From the NCBI GenBank assembly GCA_965203055.1, contig OZ241863.1, positions 2,016,001-2,080,000 of the forward strand: 64,000 nt of DNA. Reading direction: 5' to 3'. Below the pieces are notes generated by a model. That model saw only the letters and a list, made by a program, of their open reading frames with translations. It had not been told where the DNA came from and made no database searches. This document shows positions 8,115 to 20,000 of this stretch, one piece after another; position 1 is the stretch's first letter; each line of letters starts with the position of its first letter. The stretch is from Spirochaetia bacterium (GTDB lineage Bacteria; Spirochaetota; Spirochaetia; SZUA-6; Bin103). Both the position numbers and the translations under genes were made by a program.

Positions 8115-11100
8115 ATCCGATCGCCTATACCGAGAACGTCGTGCGCAGCTTCCTGCGCTACCAGCTTACGGCGTACCCGTTCGCCGATCCGGGGCTGCAC
8201 CGGCAGATGCGGGAGCTGCTGTCGCTCGACCGGACGCGCCGCTCGCCGCTGCTCAAGGGGCCGTACGTCAGCCTGTCCCGTCCGTTCCGCGACGGCTGCG
8301 CGGTCGAGTCGCTGGTCGCCGAAGGGGTGCTCCATCCGCACCTGAGCGAGCGGATTCCGGCCGCGATCACCCATCTCCGCAGTCACCAGGAACAGGCGAT
8401 ACGCGCCATCGCCGCGGACCGGACCACGCTGATCTCCACCGGCACCGGTTCCGGCAAGACCGAGTGCTTCCTCTATCCCATCGTCAGCCAGTGTCTGAAG
8501 CTGCGCGATCAGGGGGCGCCGCCCGGCATCAGCGCCGTCATCGTCTATCCGATGAACGCGCTGGCCGAAGACCAGCTCATGCGCCTGCGCGGCCTGCTGG
8601 CCGGCACCGGCATTCCGTTCGGCATCTACGTCGGCAAGACGCCGGAAGGCGAAGCCGACGTGGCCGGCGTCCGGCTGCGGCCCGGCGCCTCGCGGGCCGA
8701 CTACGAGGCGCGGCTGCGGCGGGCGCAGCGCGAGGGCAGCGGCGAGACCGTGTATCCGGCCGAGGAAGTCTGTTCGCGGCAGATGATGCGCGCGCCGGGC
8801 CGGCAGCCGCGGGTGCTGCTCACCAACGTGAAGCAGCTCGAGTTGCTGCTCACGCGCCAGCAGGACATCCAGCTCTTCGCCGCCGCTCGCCTGGACTTCC
8901 TGGTGTTCGACGAAGCGCATACCTTCACCGGCGCCCTGGGCGCGGAGGCCGCCTGCCTGATCCGGCGGCTGCGCGCGTTCTGCGCGGCCGAGCCGGATCA
9001 CACCACCTGCGTCGCCACTTCGGCGACCATCGTCGACGACCGGGAACCGGAGGCCGCGCGCTCGTTCGCGGCGCGCTTCTTCGGCGTTCCCGCCGCCGCG
9101 GTGCGGACGGTCGGCGAGGACTACGAGGCGGAAGTATGGGCAGCGCCTCGGGTTACGCCTCCAGCGCCGCGGCAGGACGCCGCGGCCGTCCTGGACCGTT
9201 GCGTGCAAGCGGTCGACGAGGCTGACGATCGACCGGCCGCCGTGCGCGCCGCATACGCCGAACTGGCCGGTGAGGACCTGCCGCCGGGAGATTGGCCGGA
9301 CGCGCTCCACGCCGCTCTGTCGCGCAACGAAATCGTGTTCCGGTTGAACGAGGAACTCGGCGTGCCCAGAGCGCTCGCCGAGCTGCCCCCCGCCCTTGCG
9401 AGACACCTCGGGCGGCCGGTCGCCGAGGCCGAGGTTCTCGCCTGGTTGACGTTGGGCGCGGCGGCGCGCGCGAACGGCCGCCCGCTGCTGCGGCCCATCG
9501 TGCACGGCTTCGTGCGCGGCATCGGCGGCGCCGTGGCGACCTTCCCGGACGACTGCGCCGGGCCGCGCTTGTGGCTGGCCGCCGAAGACCAGCTCGCCGG
9601 CCGCGAGGGCCGCGAGCCCGGCGCCGGCCACGCGCACTTTGCCGTAACGACCTGCACGACCTGCGGGCAGCACTACTACCTCGCGTTCCTGGAAGACTTC
9701 AGCTACACCGGGGCCAAGCCCGGCGGCGGGAGAGTCGGCGCGGCCGGCTCCTGGTGGCCGGCGCTGGAGGAGGCGCAGGGCGGCAAGCGGGTCGTGCTGA
9801 TCGACCGCCTGATCGGCGCAACGGACGAGGATGCGGAAGAGCCGGCCCGCCACCCGCGGACGGCGCCGCTCCACTTCTGCCGCCGCTGCGGCGCCGCGCA
9901 CCCGGAGCCGGCGCCGCGCTGCCGGGCGTGCGGCGCCGCCGGCGGCCCGGTGACGCTGCAGGCCGTGCGCCAGCACGCCAAGAACCCCGGCCACCTGACG
10001 AGCTGTCTCTCATGCGGCGCCAGCGGCCGCCGCATGAGCGGCCGCTACCGCGAGCCGGCCCGGTCGGTGCGCGCGATCAACGTGGCCGACGTGCACGTCC
10101 TGACGCAGGACATGGTGCACCACGCCCAGCGGCAACGCCTGTTGGTGTTCTGCGACAACCGGCAGGACGCGGCGTTTCAGGCCGGATGGATGAAGGACCA
10201 TGCGCGGCGCTTCCGGCTGCGGGCGCTGATGGCCGCCGGCATCAAGGCCAGTCCGCGTTCGGTGGGCGATCTGGCCGGCTACCTGGACGATCGGCTGGAA
10301 GCCGACGAGACCTTGTCGCGGGCGCTGGTGCCGGAGGTGTGGCAGGTCGCGCGCCGCGAAAGCGGCGGCGGCCGGCATCAGCAGGAACGCCGCAAATTCC
10401 TGCGGTTTCAGGTGTTGCGCGAGGTGGCGCTGTCCTCCCGGCAGGCGCTCGGCCTGGAACCGTGGGGCCGCGTGAAGGTGGAGTACGTCGGGCTCGACGC
10501 TTCCCTGCCGTGGCTCCAGGAGCACGCTCACTCCCTCGGCATAGCGCCCGACGAGCTGCGCGAAGGCGTGGCCAGCGTCCTCGACTACCTGCGGCGCCGG
10601 CGCGCGCTGCACGACCCGGAGTACGAGATCTTCACGAAGTACTGGATGGAGGGCGACCGGGAGATTCAGCAGGGATACCTGCCCGGATTCCTGGGTCCCG
10701 CCGCCACCAAGCTGCGCCGGGAGGGAGCGGACAAGCCGGAGCTGGTCATGCAATGGCTGAGCGACCGCGGCGCTACCACGATCCGGCAGATCGCCGCGAC
10801 CTGGGGGGTTGCCGCAGGCGCGGTCGAGCCGGTGCTGGAGAGCCTGTTCGACCTGCTGGTCGAGCGGGAGCTGCTGGTGTCGGTGCGGCTCAAGGGCGCC
10901 CGCGGGCGTCCGTTGCCCAACGTGCAGGGCGTCTATCAGGTCAACGCCGACCGGTTGCGTCTGACCCCGAACCGGGGCGTGCGGCGCTGCCGGCGCTGCC
11001 GCCGCACCACCACGCGCAACCTGCCCCATCGGCGCTGCGCGGCCTGGCGCTGCGGCGGCGCGCTGGAGTGGGTGCGGGAAGACGATGACGACTACGACCT

Positions 11101-14074
11101 GCAGTTGCTCGACGGCGCCTACCTGATGCTGCGCCCGGAGGAGCATACGGCCATGGTCCCGCCCGACGAGCGCGAGCGGTTGGAGAACCTGTTCAAGGGG
11201 AGGTCGGAAGCCGTGAATTGCCTGGTCTGTACGCCGACCCTGGAGCTGGGGATCGACATCGGCCAGCTCGACTCCGTGCTGATGCGCAACGTGCCGCCGC
11301 TGCCGGCCAACTACTGGCAGCGCGCCGGCCGCGCTGGCCGCCGCCACCGCATGGCGGTCGACCTCACCTACTGCCGTCCGACGTCGCACGACCGTTCCTA
11401 CTTCCGGGAACCGCGCAAGCTGCTGGACGGCAGGATCGACCCGCCGGCGTTCAACCTGCGCAACGACGTGATGGTCGCCAAGCACGTGCGCGCAACCGTG
11501 ATCGCCGGCCTGCATCGCTGCTGCCGCGACGGTTCCCGGCCGCAGGAGGAACGGGACGCGATGCGCGCAATCCTCCAGGCCTGTCTGCCGCGGCACGTGG
11601 CGCCGTATCTGTTCGCCGGCGCCGAGGTGCGTACGGCGCCGGTCGACTTCTCCCCCTTGCGCGCGCTGGTTGCCGATCACGCCGCGGCGCTGACCGGCGA
11701 GGTGCGGCGCGTGTTCGCGCAGGGTTGGCCGGAGGCGGACGCCGAGGTGACCGCCCCGGACGAACTGCGCGCCCGGGTCGACGCGTTCGCCGATGACCTG
11801 GAGCAGGTGGTCGCCCGCCTGCGGCGCCGCTTGCGCTGGGCGCTGGATCAGATCCGCCGGCTGGACGTACGCCGCGAACGGCAGGGGACGCTCGACGCGG
11901 CCGACGAGGCGTTGTTCCGGCGTTGCGATAATCTGGTGAAGCGCCTGAAGGGCACCCGCCGGCGGCGCAGCCAGGCGGAGGGGCACGACGACTTCAACAC
12001 CTTCAACGTGCTGGCAGCCGAGGGGTTTCTGCCGGGCTACGGCCTGGAAGCGGGATCGGTGGTCGGCTGGGCGGAGATTCCGTTCTGGCGCACCGGCGCC
12101 ATGGACTTCTCCCTGCCCCGGCCGTCGGCGGCGGCGCTGCGGGAGTACGTTCCCGGCAACCTCATCTACGCCAACGGTCACCGCTTCGTGGCGCGGCGCT
12201 TCCATCGCGATATCGATGAAGAGCGGGCCGAGCTGCCCTGCTACGAGGTGGCGGTCGACCGCAAGGCGGTCCGGGAAGCCGCTCCGGGCGGCGGGTCGGC
12301 GCTCGGCGGGCGCGTGCTGCAGACGATGGCGGTCTGCGACGTCGACCTCATCCACACCGCGCACATCTCCGATGAGGAGGAGTTGCGCTTTCAGTTGGGC
12401 GTCGCCATCCACGGCCTGGAGACCGGCCAGCATAACGGCGGGACCGCGTACCGCTGGGGCCCGCAGCCGGCGCAGCTCCGGCGCGGGGTGCGCATGCGGC
12501 TGGTAAACGTGGGCGCGTCGGCCGCCATCGCCGGCGGCGAGCGGATCGGCTATCCGGTGTGCACGACATGCGGCCAGAGCATCTCTCCCCTTTCGTCCGA
12601 CCAGCAACGGCAACGGTTCGATCAGGACCACCGGCAGCGCTGCGGTCGCGCGCCGCGGTCGATCGGCTTCTACGCCGACGTGGTTGCCGACGCGCTGTCG
12701 CTGCCCGCCTGTGACAGCGCCGTAACCGCGTACAGCGTGCTGGAGGCGTTGCGGATCGGCGCCGCCAGCGTGCTGGACATGCACGGCGAAGACCTGCAGG
12801 TACTGGTCATCGGCCACGTCGACCGCGAGCAGGTCGACGGGCTGCTGTGGGACCCGATGCCGGGCGGTTCCGGACTGCTGGAACGCCTCTGCGAACGATT
12901 CTCCGAAGTCGTTGCGGCCGCCCGCGCGGTCGCCGCCGATTGCCCGGCGGCGTGCAAGTCGTCGTGCATCGACTGCCTGCAGACGTTTCGCAACGCCTAC
13001 TATCACCGCGACCTGAATCGCGCGGCGGCCTGCGACCGATTCGACGAGTGGGGCGCGCGGCTTGCGTTCGAGCATGCCATTCCGCCCCGGCAGCCGGTCG
13101 AGACACCGGGCGGGGACGCGCTGCCGGCCAACGAGGCGGAGCTCAGGCTGCGTCATCTGTTGCGCGCCGCGGGATTCGGGGAGGGCATTCGCGGCGAACA
13201 GCTTCGCTTGAGCCGCGCCTTGGGTACGACCACGCCGGACGTGATCTACCGCGCCGACGACGATGAGCCGGACGAAGGCGTCTGCATCTATCTGGACGGG
13301 CTGAGCGCGCATCTCCACGGCAATCCCGAGACTGCGGCGCGCGACCGCGAAATCCGCGATTGGCTGCGCAACGGCGGGTTCGACGTGATCGAGATCGCCG
13401 CCCACGATCTGCACGACCGGGAGGCGATGACGCGCCATTTTCGCCGGCTGGCGCAGTACCTGGGCATGCGCGCCGCCCGGCGCCGGCTGCGCGAAGACCC
13501 GTCGTGGTTCCACGGGCCGGAGCAGACGCCGGCGGCCGGCCGGCCGCCGTTGCGCCTGGTGTCGCCGGCGCCGGCCAGCCGCTACGTGACCTGCGTGCCG
13601 CTGGTCCCGCTGCAAGCCGCGGCCGGCGCGTTCGGCGGCGCCGATACGATCGCGGACGAATCGGAAGGCAAGTGGGAGTGGGTCGAGATCGACACCGGCC
13701 GTTCGCTGCGCCGCGGCATGTTCGTGGCGCGCGTCGACGGCAAGTCGATGGAGCCGCGCATACCGGACGGCTCCTATTGCCTGTTCGCCGGTCCGGTGAC
13801 CGGCACCCGCCAGGGACGCATCGTCCTCGCGCGACTGCTGAACGCCGTCGACCCGGACACCGGCCAGCGGTTCACCGTGAAGCGCTATCGGAGCGACAAG
13901 GCCGTCGACGAAGACGGCTGGCGCCACCTTTCCATCGTCCTGGAGCCGTTCAATCCCGATTACGAGCCGCTCGAACTGGCCGCCGAGGACGAGAGCCCGG
14001 TCGCCGTGATCGCCGAACTGATCGAGGTGATCGGCACCGAGGCGCCGTCCGACCGGCCCGCCGGCGAGCCCTAG
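8105..14074 (+). CDS. Large DEAH-box helicase with Zn ribbons, DUF1998, Vsr/DUF559-like nuclease and C-terminal S24 peptidase
   Basis: 1989 aa. TGTGSGKT, YPMNAL, DEAH, SAT, TPTLELGIDIG, QRAGRAGR; DUF1998-type DPMPGGSG...CPAACKSSCIDC; PDVIY...YLDG...H...RD; AAG...GKSM...TVKR. Confidence 0.9.
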   Translation: MPLNPIAYTENVVRSFLRYQLTAYPFADPGLHRQMRELLSLDRTRRSPLLKGPYVSLSRPFRDGCAVESLVAEGVLHPHLSERIPAAITHLRSHQEQAIRAIAADRTTLISTGTGSGKTECFLYPIVSQCLKLRDQGAPPGISAVIVYPMNALAEDQLMRLRGLLAGTGIPFGIYVGKTPEGEADVAGVRLRPGASRADYEARLRRAQREGSGETVYPAEEVCSRQMMRAPGRQPRVLLTNVKQLELLLTRQQDIQLFAAARLDFLVFDEAHTFTGALGAEAACLIRRLRAFCAAEPDHTTCVATSATIVDDREPEAARSFAARFFGVPAAAVRTVGEDYEAEVWAAPRVTPPAPRQDAAAVLDRCVQAVDEADDRPAAVRAAYAELAGEDLPPGDWPDALHAALSRNEIVFRLNEELGVPRALAELPPALARHLGRPVAEAEVLAWLTLGAAARANGRPLLRPIVHGFVRGIGGAVATFPDDCAGPRLWLAAEDQLAGREGREPGAGHAHFAVTTCTTCGQHYYLAFLEDFSYTGAKPGGGRVGAAGSWWPALEEAQGGKRVVLIDRLIGATDEDAEEPARHPRTAPLHFCRRCGAAHPEPAPRCRACGAAGGPVTLQAVRQHAKNPGHLTSCLSCGASGRRMSGRYREPARSVRAINVADVHVLTQDMVHHAQRQRLLVFCDNRQDAAFQAGWMKDHARRFRLRALMAAGIKASPRSVGDLAGYLDDRLEADETLSRALVPEVWQVARRESGGGRHQQERRKFLRFQVLREVALSSRQALGLEPWGRVKVEYVGLDASLPWLQEHAHSLGIAPDELREGVASVLDYLRRRRALHDPEYEIFTKYWMEGDREIQQGYLPGFLGPAATKLRREGADKPELVMQWLSDRGATTIRQIAATWGVAAGAVEPVLESLFDLLVERELLVSVRLKGARGRPLPNVQGVYQVNADRLRLTPNRGVRRCRRCRRTTTRNLPHRRCAAWRCGGALEWVREDDDDYDLQLLDGAYLMLRPEEHTAMVPPDERERLENLFKGRSEAVNCLVCTPTLELGIDIGQLDSVLMRNVPPLPANYWQRAGRAGRRHRMAVDLTYCRPTSHDRSYFREPRKLLDGRIDPPAFNLRNDVMVAKHVRATVIAGLHRCCRDGSRPQEERDAMRAILQACLPRHVAPYLFAGAEVRTAPVDFSPLRALVADHAAALTGEVRRVFAQGWPEADAEVTAPDELRARVDAFADDLEQVVARLRRRLRWALDQIRRLDVRRERQGTLDAADEALFRRCDNLVKRLKGTRRRRSQAEGHDDFNTFNVLAAEGFLPGYGLEAGSVVGWAEIPFWRTGAMDFSLPRPSAAALREYVPGNLIYANGHRFVARRFHRDIDEERAELPCYEVAVDRKAVREAAPGGGSALGGRVLQTMAVCDVDLIHTAHISDEEELRFQLGVAIHGLETGQHNGGTAYRWGPQPAQLRRGVRMRLVNVGASAAIAGGERIGYPVCTTCGQSISPLSSDQQRQRFDQDHRQRCGRAPRSIGFYADVVADALSLPACDSAVTAYSVLEALRIGAASVLDMHGEDLQVLVIGHVDREQVDGLLWDPMPGGSGLLERLCERFSEVVAAARAVAADCPAACKSSCIDCLQTFRNAYYHRDLNRAAACDRFDEWGARLAFEHAIPPRQPVETPGGDALPANEAELRLRHLLRAAGFGEGIRGEQLRLSRALGTTTPDVIYRADDDEPDEGVCIYLDGLSAHLHGNPETAARDREIRDWLRNGGFDVIEIAAHDLHDREAMTRHFRRLAQYLGMRAARRRLREDPSWFHGPEQTPAAGRPPLRLVSPAPASRYVTCVPLVPLQAAAGAFGGADTIADESEGKWEWVEIDTGRSLRRGMFVARVDGKSMEPRIPDGSYCLFAGPVTGTRQGRIVLARLLNAVDPDTGQRFTVKRYRSDKAVDEDGWRHLSIVLEPFNPDYEPLELAAEDESPVAVIAELIEVIGTEAPSDRPAGEP

Positions 14075-14093
14075 CTGGATCGGATCGGCGCCG

Positions 14094-17000
14094 TCAATCG
14101 CCGGCGGCGATGATGACCCGGTCGCCGGCGGTGCGGGCGAAGGTCTCCGGGGCGTACATCTCCTCCGCGGTGGCCGGCGGGACCACGAACGCGCCGGGAA
14201 TGGTAGCGCGCGTCGTGTACTGGAACTGGTAGACGCCGGCGCTCAGCAAGGACGCGAACGCCTCCGCGCGCTCGTCGCGCAGATTGTGGTGGTCGTACCA
14301 GGTCGTCCGCCACCACCGCCACTCCGGGGCATCGGCCAGGCCGATGCTCTCCAGGCCGGCCGGCAGCGGGTCGACCAGCGCCACGTGCACCCGCCGCGAC
14401 GGCACCGCCAGCGTCAACTCCACCCGCACGCGGCTGCCGGCGCGGATGCGCCACGCGCCGTCCGCGTCCCGGCGCACGTCCGCCGGATCGTCCACCGCGG
14501 CGTAGCGCCGCTCCACGCCGAAGCCGTGGGCGGCCGCTTCGTGCCGCAGGTCGGCGGGCGCGTAGCGCAGCCCCAGGCGGTAGTAGAGCCGCCCCGCGCC
14601 TTCCGCGCCGACGATCAGCGGCGCCGCCCCGCCCTCCTCCGCGCCGGCGCGGACCACCGCCAGCGGCAGGTCCAGACTGACCTGCTCCACCGAGCGGCCG
14701 CGGAACTCGCGCCCGCCGGCGTAGCGCCCGCCCAGCCATACCCCGGCCGTGAAGTCGGGCGGCCGTGACTCGAAGGTTCGGAAGTAGCGCTCCAGCGCCA
14801 GCAGCACCCACACGTTCTCCTGCGTGTTGGCCCAGCGCCCCTTGACGCGGTGGCCCAGCAGCCCGCGCACCAGCTTGGCGATCAGCCCGTCGTCGGGCCG
14901 GCCGCCGTCCGGCTGCGCGGCGATCAGCGCCTCCAGCAGGACCGCGTCCGAGCGGCGGCTGGAATGGAGCAGCAGGTAGGCGCCCTCCTCGTAGCCGGTG
15001 GCGATGGTGGCGGCGCCGGCGGTCTCCGTGACCCGGTCGTTCAGGAAGCCGGCGATCTCCCGCACCGCCGCCGCCGAGTCGGGATCGCCGGCCAGCGCCG
15101 ACAGCAGCCAGCCGATGCTCTCCGCGGAGAGGTTCTCAAGCCCGGCGCCGGCCACTAGCCGGCGCGCCGCGGCCGGGTCGCCGTCGCCGAGCAGCGCCCG
15201 CACGTACAGCGCGTAGGAGCGCAGCGCGAGGCGTTCCGAGCGGTCGTAGTCGCCGGGGATGTGGTCCTCGACGTTCCGCAGATACGCGCGCGAACGGTCG
15301 AGCGCCTCCTCCCGCACCGCGTAGCCCCGCTGCCGGGCGCGCGCCAGGGCGTGCGCGGCGTGGATGCTGTGGTACGGCCACGACCGCTCGTGCCGGTGCC
15401 AGATCGGGAAGCCGCCGTCCGCCCTCTGCAGATCCTGCAGGTTCTCCAGGTAGCGAGCCATCGCCCGCCTGATGGCGGCCGGTTCCGGCAGCCCGGTGGC
15501 GGTGAAGGCGGCCAGCACGTCGCGCAACGCGGCCACGGCGATGATGGCGGAGGCGATCTGCTCCGAGCATCCGTACGGGTAGCCCACCAGATAGAGGAAG
15601 GCATCACTGAGGCTCTGCAACAGGGTGGAAGAGAGCGTCACCTGCAGGCCGCCGTAGCCGGGGAGCACGGCCTCCGGCACGCTGATCCGGTGCCGGGCGG
15701 CAGCGCTGCGGGCGGCGGCGCTGCGGGTGGCGGCGCTGCCGGCGGCCGGTACGTCGATGTGGCCGTAGGCGGCGAATGCCTCGGCGACCGCCGGGGTGAA
15801 CACCGGCAGGTCGACGGCCGCGGCGTCGGCGAGGGCCGGCTCCGCAACCGCCGCGGCGGCGAAGCGGAAGCGGGCGGTGCCGGCGCGGGCCGCCGCCGCC
15901 GGGAAGCGCACCTCCACCCGATCGCCGGCCGGCACGGTCACCGCGTAGCCGGCGGCCTTACCGGCGCCATCCTCCGTACCGGCCACGGCGGGCGGCGAGC
16001 CGGCCGGCAAGTCGGGCGCCAGGTTGGCGTTGCGGGCGCGGGCGGCGACGTGGACCGGCAACGCCGCCTCGGTGCGGTTGTGGACCACGACCGGCAACTC
16101 GAAACGGTCGCCGAAGTTCAGGAAGCGGGGCGCCGACGGCCGCACCATCAGCGGCAGGCGGGCGGTCAGCGCGGCCTCGCCGGTGCCGAACTGCCGGGCG
16201 CCCGCCGCGGCCACGGCGATGATCCGGTAGCGGGTCAGGTTGTCCGGCAGCGTGACCGGTATCTGGGCGCCGCCTGCGGCGCCGGTGCGCACCTCCGGCT
16301 CAAACAGGGCGAGCGGGGCAAAGTCCTGCCGTACCGCGAGCGGCGGCGGCGCGCCGCGTTCCACCGCGGCGTCGGGCGCCCGCGAGAAACGGACGTCGGC
16401 TTCTTCAAGGGCGAACCCCTCCGGCCGCCCCCGGGCCGACCGGCCGGAATCCTCCCCCGCAGGCAGCGCCAGCGAAGCGCGGGTGTCATGGTCGCTGACG
16501 CCGGGCTCGCGCGGCGGGTAGAAGTCGGCGATCGGGTCCGGCGGCCGATAGCCGGCCAGCGACAGCACCGCCTCGTCGACCACCAGCACCGCAACCTCGG
16601 CGTCCGCCACCGGCGCGCCGGCGGCGTCCCGCACCGTCACGTCGATGGTGGTCCGGCCGCCGGGTTCGAGCTGCGCCGCGCGCGGCGCCACCTCTACCTG
16701 CAGGGTGCGGCTCACCGGCGGCACCGGCAGGTCGATGCTGCCGGCGGCGTAGGCGGGGCGGCCGCCGGCCGCGCCGAGCAGGTCGACCTGCACGTGCAGG
16801 TTGGGAATGAACCGCTCCGTGACCGGCACTTCCAGGGTGTGGGTCGGCCCGGCCAGCGTGAAGCGTTCGGCCGCGGCCAGTCCGTCCCGGCGCAGGGTGA
16901 GCATCCCCTCGGCCGGGAAGAAGGGCGCCTGCACCAGGATGCGCGCGCGGTCGCCGGGCAGGTAGCGGTCGCGGTCCGGTATCAGCCGCACCTCCTGCCG

Positions 17001-20000
17001 CGTCACGCCGCCGTCGTCGGGCCGGTAGCCGCCGCCGGTCGCCCAGCGCGTCAGCTCGGTCCGATTGCGCCGGCCGGCGGCGTCAATGACCTCGGCGGTG
17101 ACGCGGTAGGCGCCGCCGCGCGGCGTGGCGAAGGCGCAGGAAGCGAACGCGCCGGCGGGCGTGCGCGGGTCGGCGGCGACCTCGGCGTCAGCGGCGGTGG
17201 TGCGCAGCGCGCATTCCTGCACGTCCTGCTCGACCTCCTGCCACTCCCCGCCGCGCTGCTGCCAGTCGATCCGCGCCGCCCGCAGGGCGACCTCGTGCCC
17301 GGCGACCGCGGCGCCGTCGACGTCGGTCACGACCGCTTCCACCGCCAGCGGCTCGCCCTGCTCAACGAAGTAGCTGCCGGTACGCAGGCCCACGTAGCGG
17401 TCGGCCGGATGCACCAGCAGGTCGGCGCTGCCGCTCCAGGCCTGGCGGTTCACGTCGGCTACCGTGGCGGTCGCGTCGATGAGGACCGGAGTAGCCGCCG
17501 CGCCCGGCACGAAGTCGACGCGCAAGTGATGCGCGCCGCCGGCGCCGGTGGTGGAGCGCAACACGGCGCTTCCCAGCTCGTCGTCGTCCTGGTCCGTGCC
17601 GCCGGGGAAGCGCTGCCACCACGGCACCCAGGTGCCGAAGGCGAAGTCCGGCCAGTCCGGCGGCGCGTAGGAGGCGCGTTCGGCGTTCACCTGCCACTCC
17701 ACCCCGGCGCCCGGCAGCGGCCCGCCGGCGAAGTAGCGCGCCGTCGCCGTCAGCACCGCGTGGCCGCCGGCCACGTGCAAGCCGCCATCCGCCCCGCCGC
17801 TGACGGTCGCTTTCACCTCGAACTCGGGCCGGCGGAACTCCTGGACCTCGATGAAGTGAAGGTCGCGGTCGTTCCTCGCTTCGAGGGTGCCGCCGCCGGG
17901 CGACAGATAGATCCAGGCCGTTCCCAGGTCGATCCGTTCCGGCAGGTCGAGTTGGAAGTGAAATCCGCCCAGGCGGCTCAATGGCGCTTGCCCGGCGGCG
18001 ATGTCGTTGCGTCTCGCGTCGGTGACCCGATAGGCGACGTGGTCGGCCGCCCGCGGGCCGAACAGCTCCAGGTCGCCGGTCGGACCGCGCCGGGCGCGCC
18101 GCAGCCAGCCCTTGATGGCGGCGGTCTCACCCGGACGGTAGAGCCGGCGGTCGTCGAACACGGACATCCTCGTATCGGCACCCGGCTCGCGCCGATGCCA
18201 GACCGGCAGGAACACCGAATCGCCGCCGGCGCGGGCGATGATCACGTGGTCCTGGCCGCGGGAACGAAGCGGCAGCCGCGCCGTGCCGGCGTCGTCGGTT
18301 ACGGCGTGGCTGCCGCCGCGACTCGGCTCCACCCGGACCCCGCCGCGCGGCGCGCCGTCAGCCAGCCCGCTGACCCACACCAGCAGCTTACCGGCGTCGG
18401 CGAACGCGGTCAGCCCCAGACCGGTCACCTGCACCCAGCGTGTCTCGATATATTCGTCCTCCCAGAGCTGGTCGTCCTCCCAGAGGTCGTCTTCCTGGAG
18501 CCGGTCATGGTCCGCCGCGGCGGGTTGCAGGTGCAGGATCAGGTGACCGTAGGCGCCGTTCAGCGCCTCGGCCAAGTCGATGCCGGTATCGGTCACGGCG
18601 TCCTCCGCGCCGCGGATGCGGATCGTCCGGTCCAGCACCGGTTCGCCGAAACGGTCCGGCGGTGCGCCGGTGCGCCGTCCCTCCCAACGCAGATATTCCC
18701 CGTACCGCTCCGGCGCGACGCGAACGGCGCGCACGCGCACGCGGTCGACGTTGACCGTGCGCAGGGGAAAGACCGGTTCGCCGGACAGGAGGGTCGCCGG
18801 ATCGGCGCGCGGGATGGTCAGGTACGGTTCTGCCGGCTCTACGTCGAATCGGACCGACACGTCGTGCCGGAGCGGCTGGCCGAACGCGTCAGTCAGCCCG
18901 GCGTCGACGGTGACCGTATAAGTGGTGCGGGCGCGGGACGCGCCGTAGATCCGCATGTCATAGCCGGAGGCGGATAACTGCACGTCGGCGCCGTCCAGCT
19001 CGGGCCGGATGGCGATCAGGTCGGGATCGAACCGCTCGTCATCGAGCGAATTGTTGAAGGACAGCGTCCAGGGCATCCCGGCCCGGCAAGCGTCCCCCCG
19101 CCGCCCGCAATGGTGACCGCTAAGCTGCAGCGGCGCCGACGTATGGAAGCCAAAGCTGCGCCGGCGTTCGGTGGCGCGCGGCCCTTCGGCGGACGGCGTT
19201 CCGGCGGCGAAGGTCACGGTCACCGCGGCATCGGCCGGCAATGTCTCGACCGGGACGAACGCCAGCCAGCGGCCGGCGGGCGCCTCGTCGACCAGCCGCC
19301 GCACGGCTTCATCCGCCTCGATTTCGGCCGCCGCCGCCAGGCGCACCGGCCGGCGCTGCCCCTCGGCGGTCACGCGGACGTGCTCCAGCACCGCCGCCGG
19401 GTCGACGCGCTGGTCGAAGGCGGCGAACAGGACCGGCTGCGGGCCGGTCACGCTGTCGTCCGGATGCACGGTCCGCACGGTCGGCGCGGGCGTGCGGAAG
19501 GTCCACTCCACCGCCTCCGGCAGGAGGCCGCCGGCCGCGGAGGTGGTTCCGGCGGCGATCCGGACGCGGAACTCGGTGGCCATCGGCAGCCGGCCGGCGG
19601 CCGCCTCGAACAGGAGCGTGTCGGTCCCCACCCACCGCCAGCGGCCCGGCACCGCCGGCGACAGCGTGACCGGGTTGTCCTCCGGCGCCGGCTCGCGGGG
19701 ACTCCCAGCGCCACCAGCGGCTGGTTGAAGGTCACCCCCACGTGCGGCGCCAGGGCGACGTCGCCCCGCGGATAGGCGCGCAGCACCGCCAGCGGGCCGC
19801 CCGCGCCGGGCGCCGGCGCTGCCGGTGGTGGGTCGTCGGCCGGCGGCGGGAACGGCAGCGCGACCGCCCGACCGGGCGGGGGCGGCGGCCGGCTCCGCTC
19901 CGGCAGCCGGTACTCGACCGCGTCCCCGCCTCCCTCCGCGGCCGGCGCCAGCCGCGCCAGCCGCGCCAGCCGCGCCAGCAGCGGGCGCAGTTGCGCGTCC

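Noticed and set aside
10010..13927. 1305-aa minus-strand ORF, and similar long ORFs at 8087-9994, 15261-18977 and 52130-55210
   Set aside because: Antisense shadows of motif-bearing genes; stop codons are scarce at this GC and the translations have no recognisable motifs.
19946..19979. 9-bp microsatellite (ARL repeats); also AVL repeats at ~33830 and poly-Q at ~30030-30060
   Set aside because: Unit lengths are multiples of three in low-complexity linkers, so they cannot phase-shift the genes.
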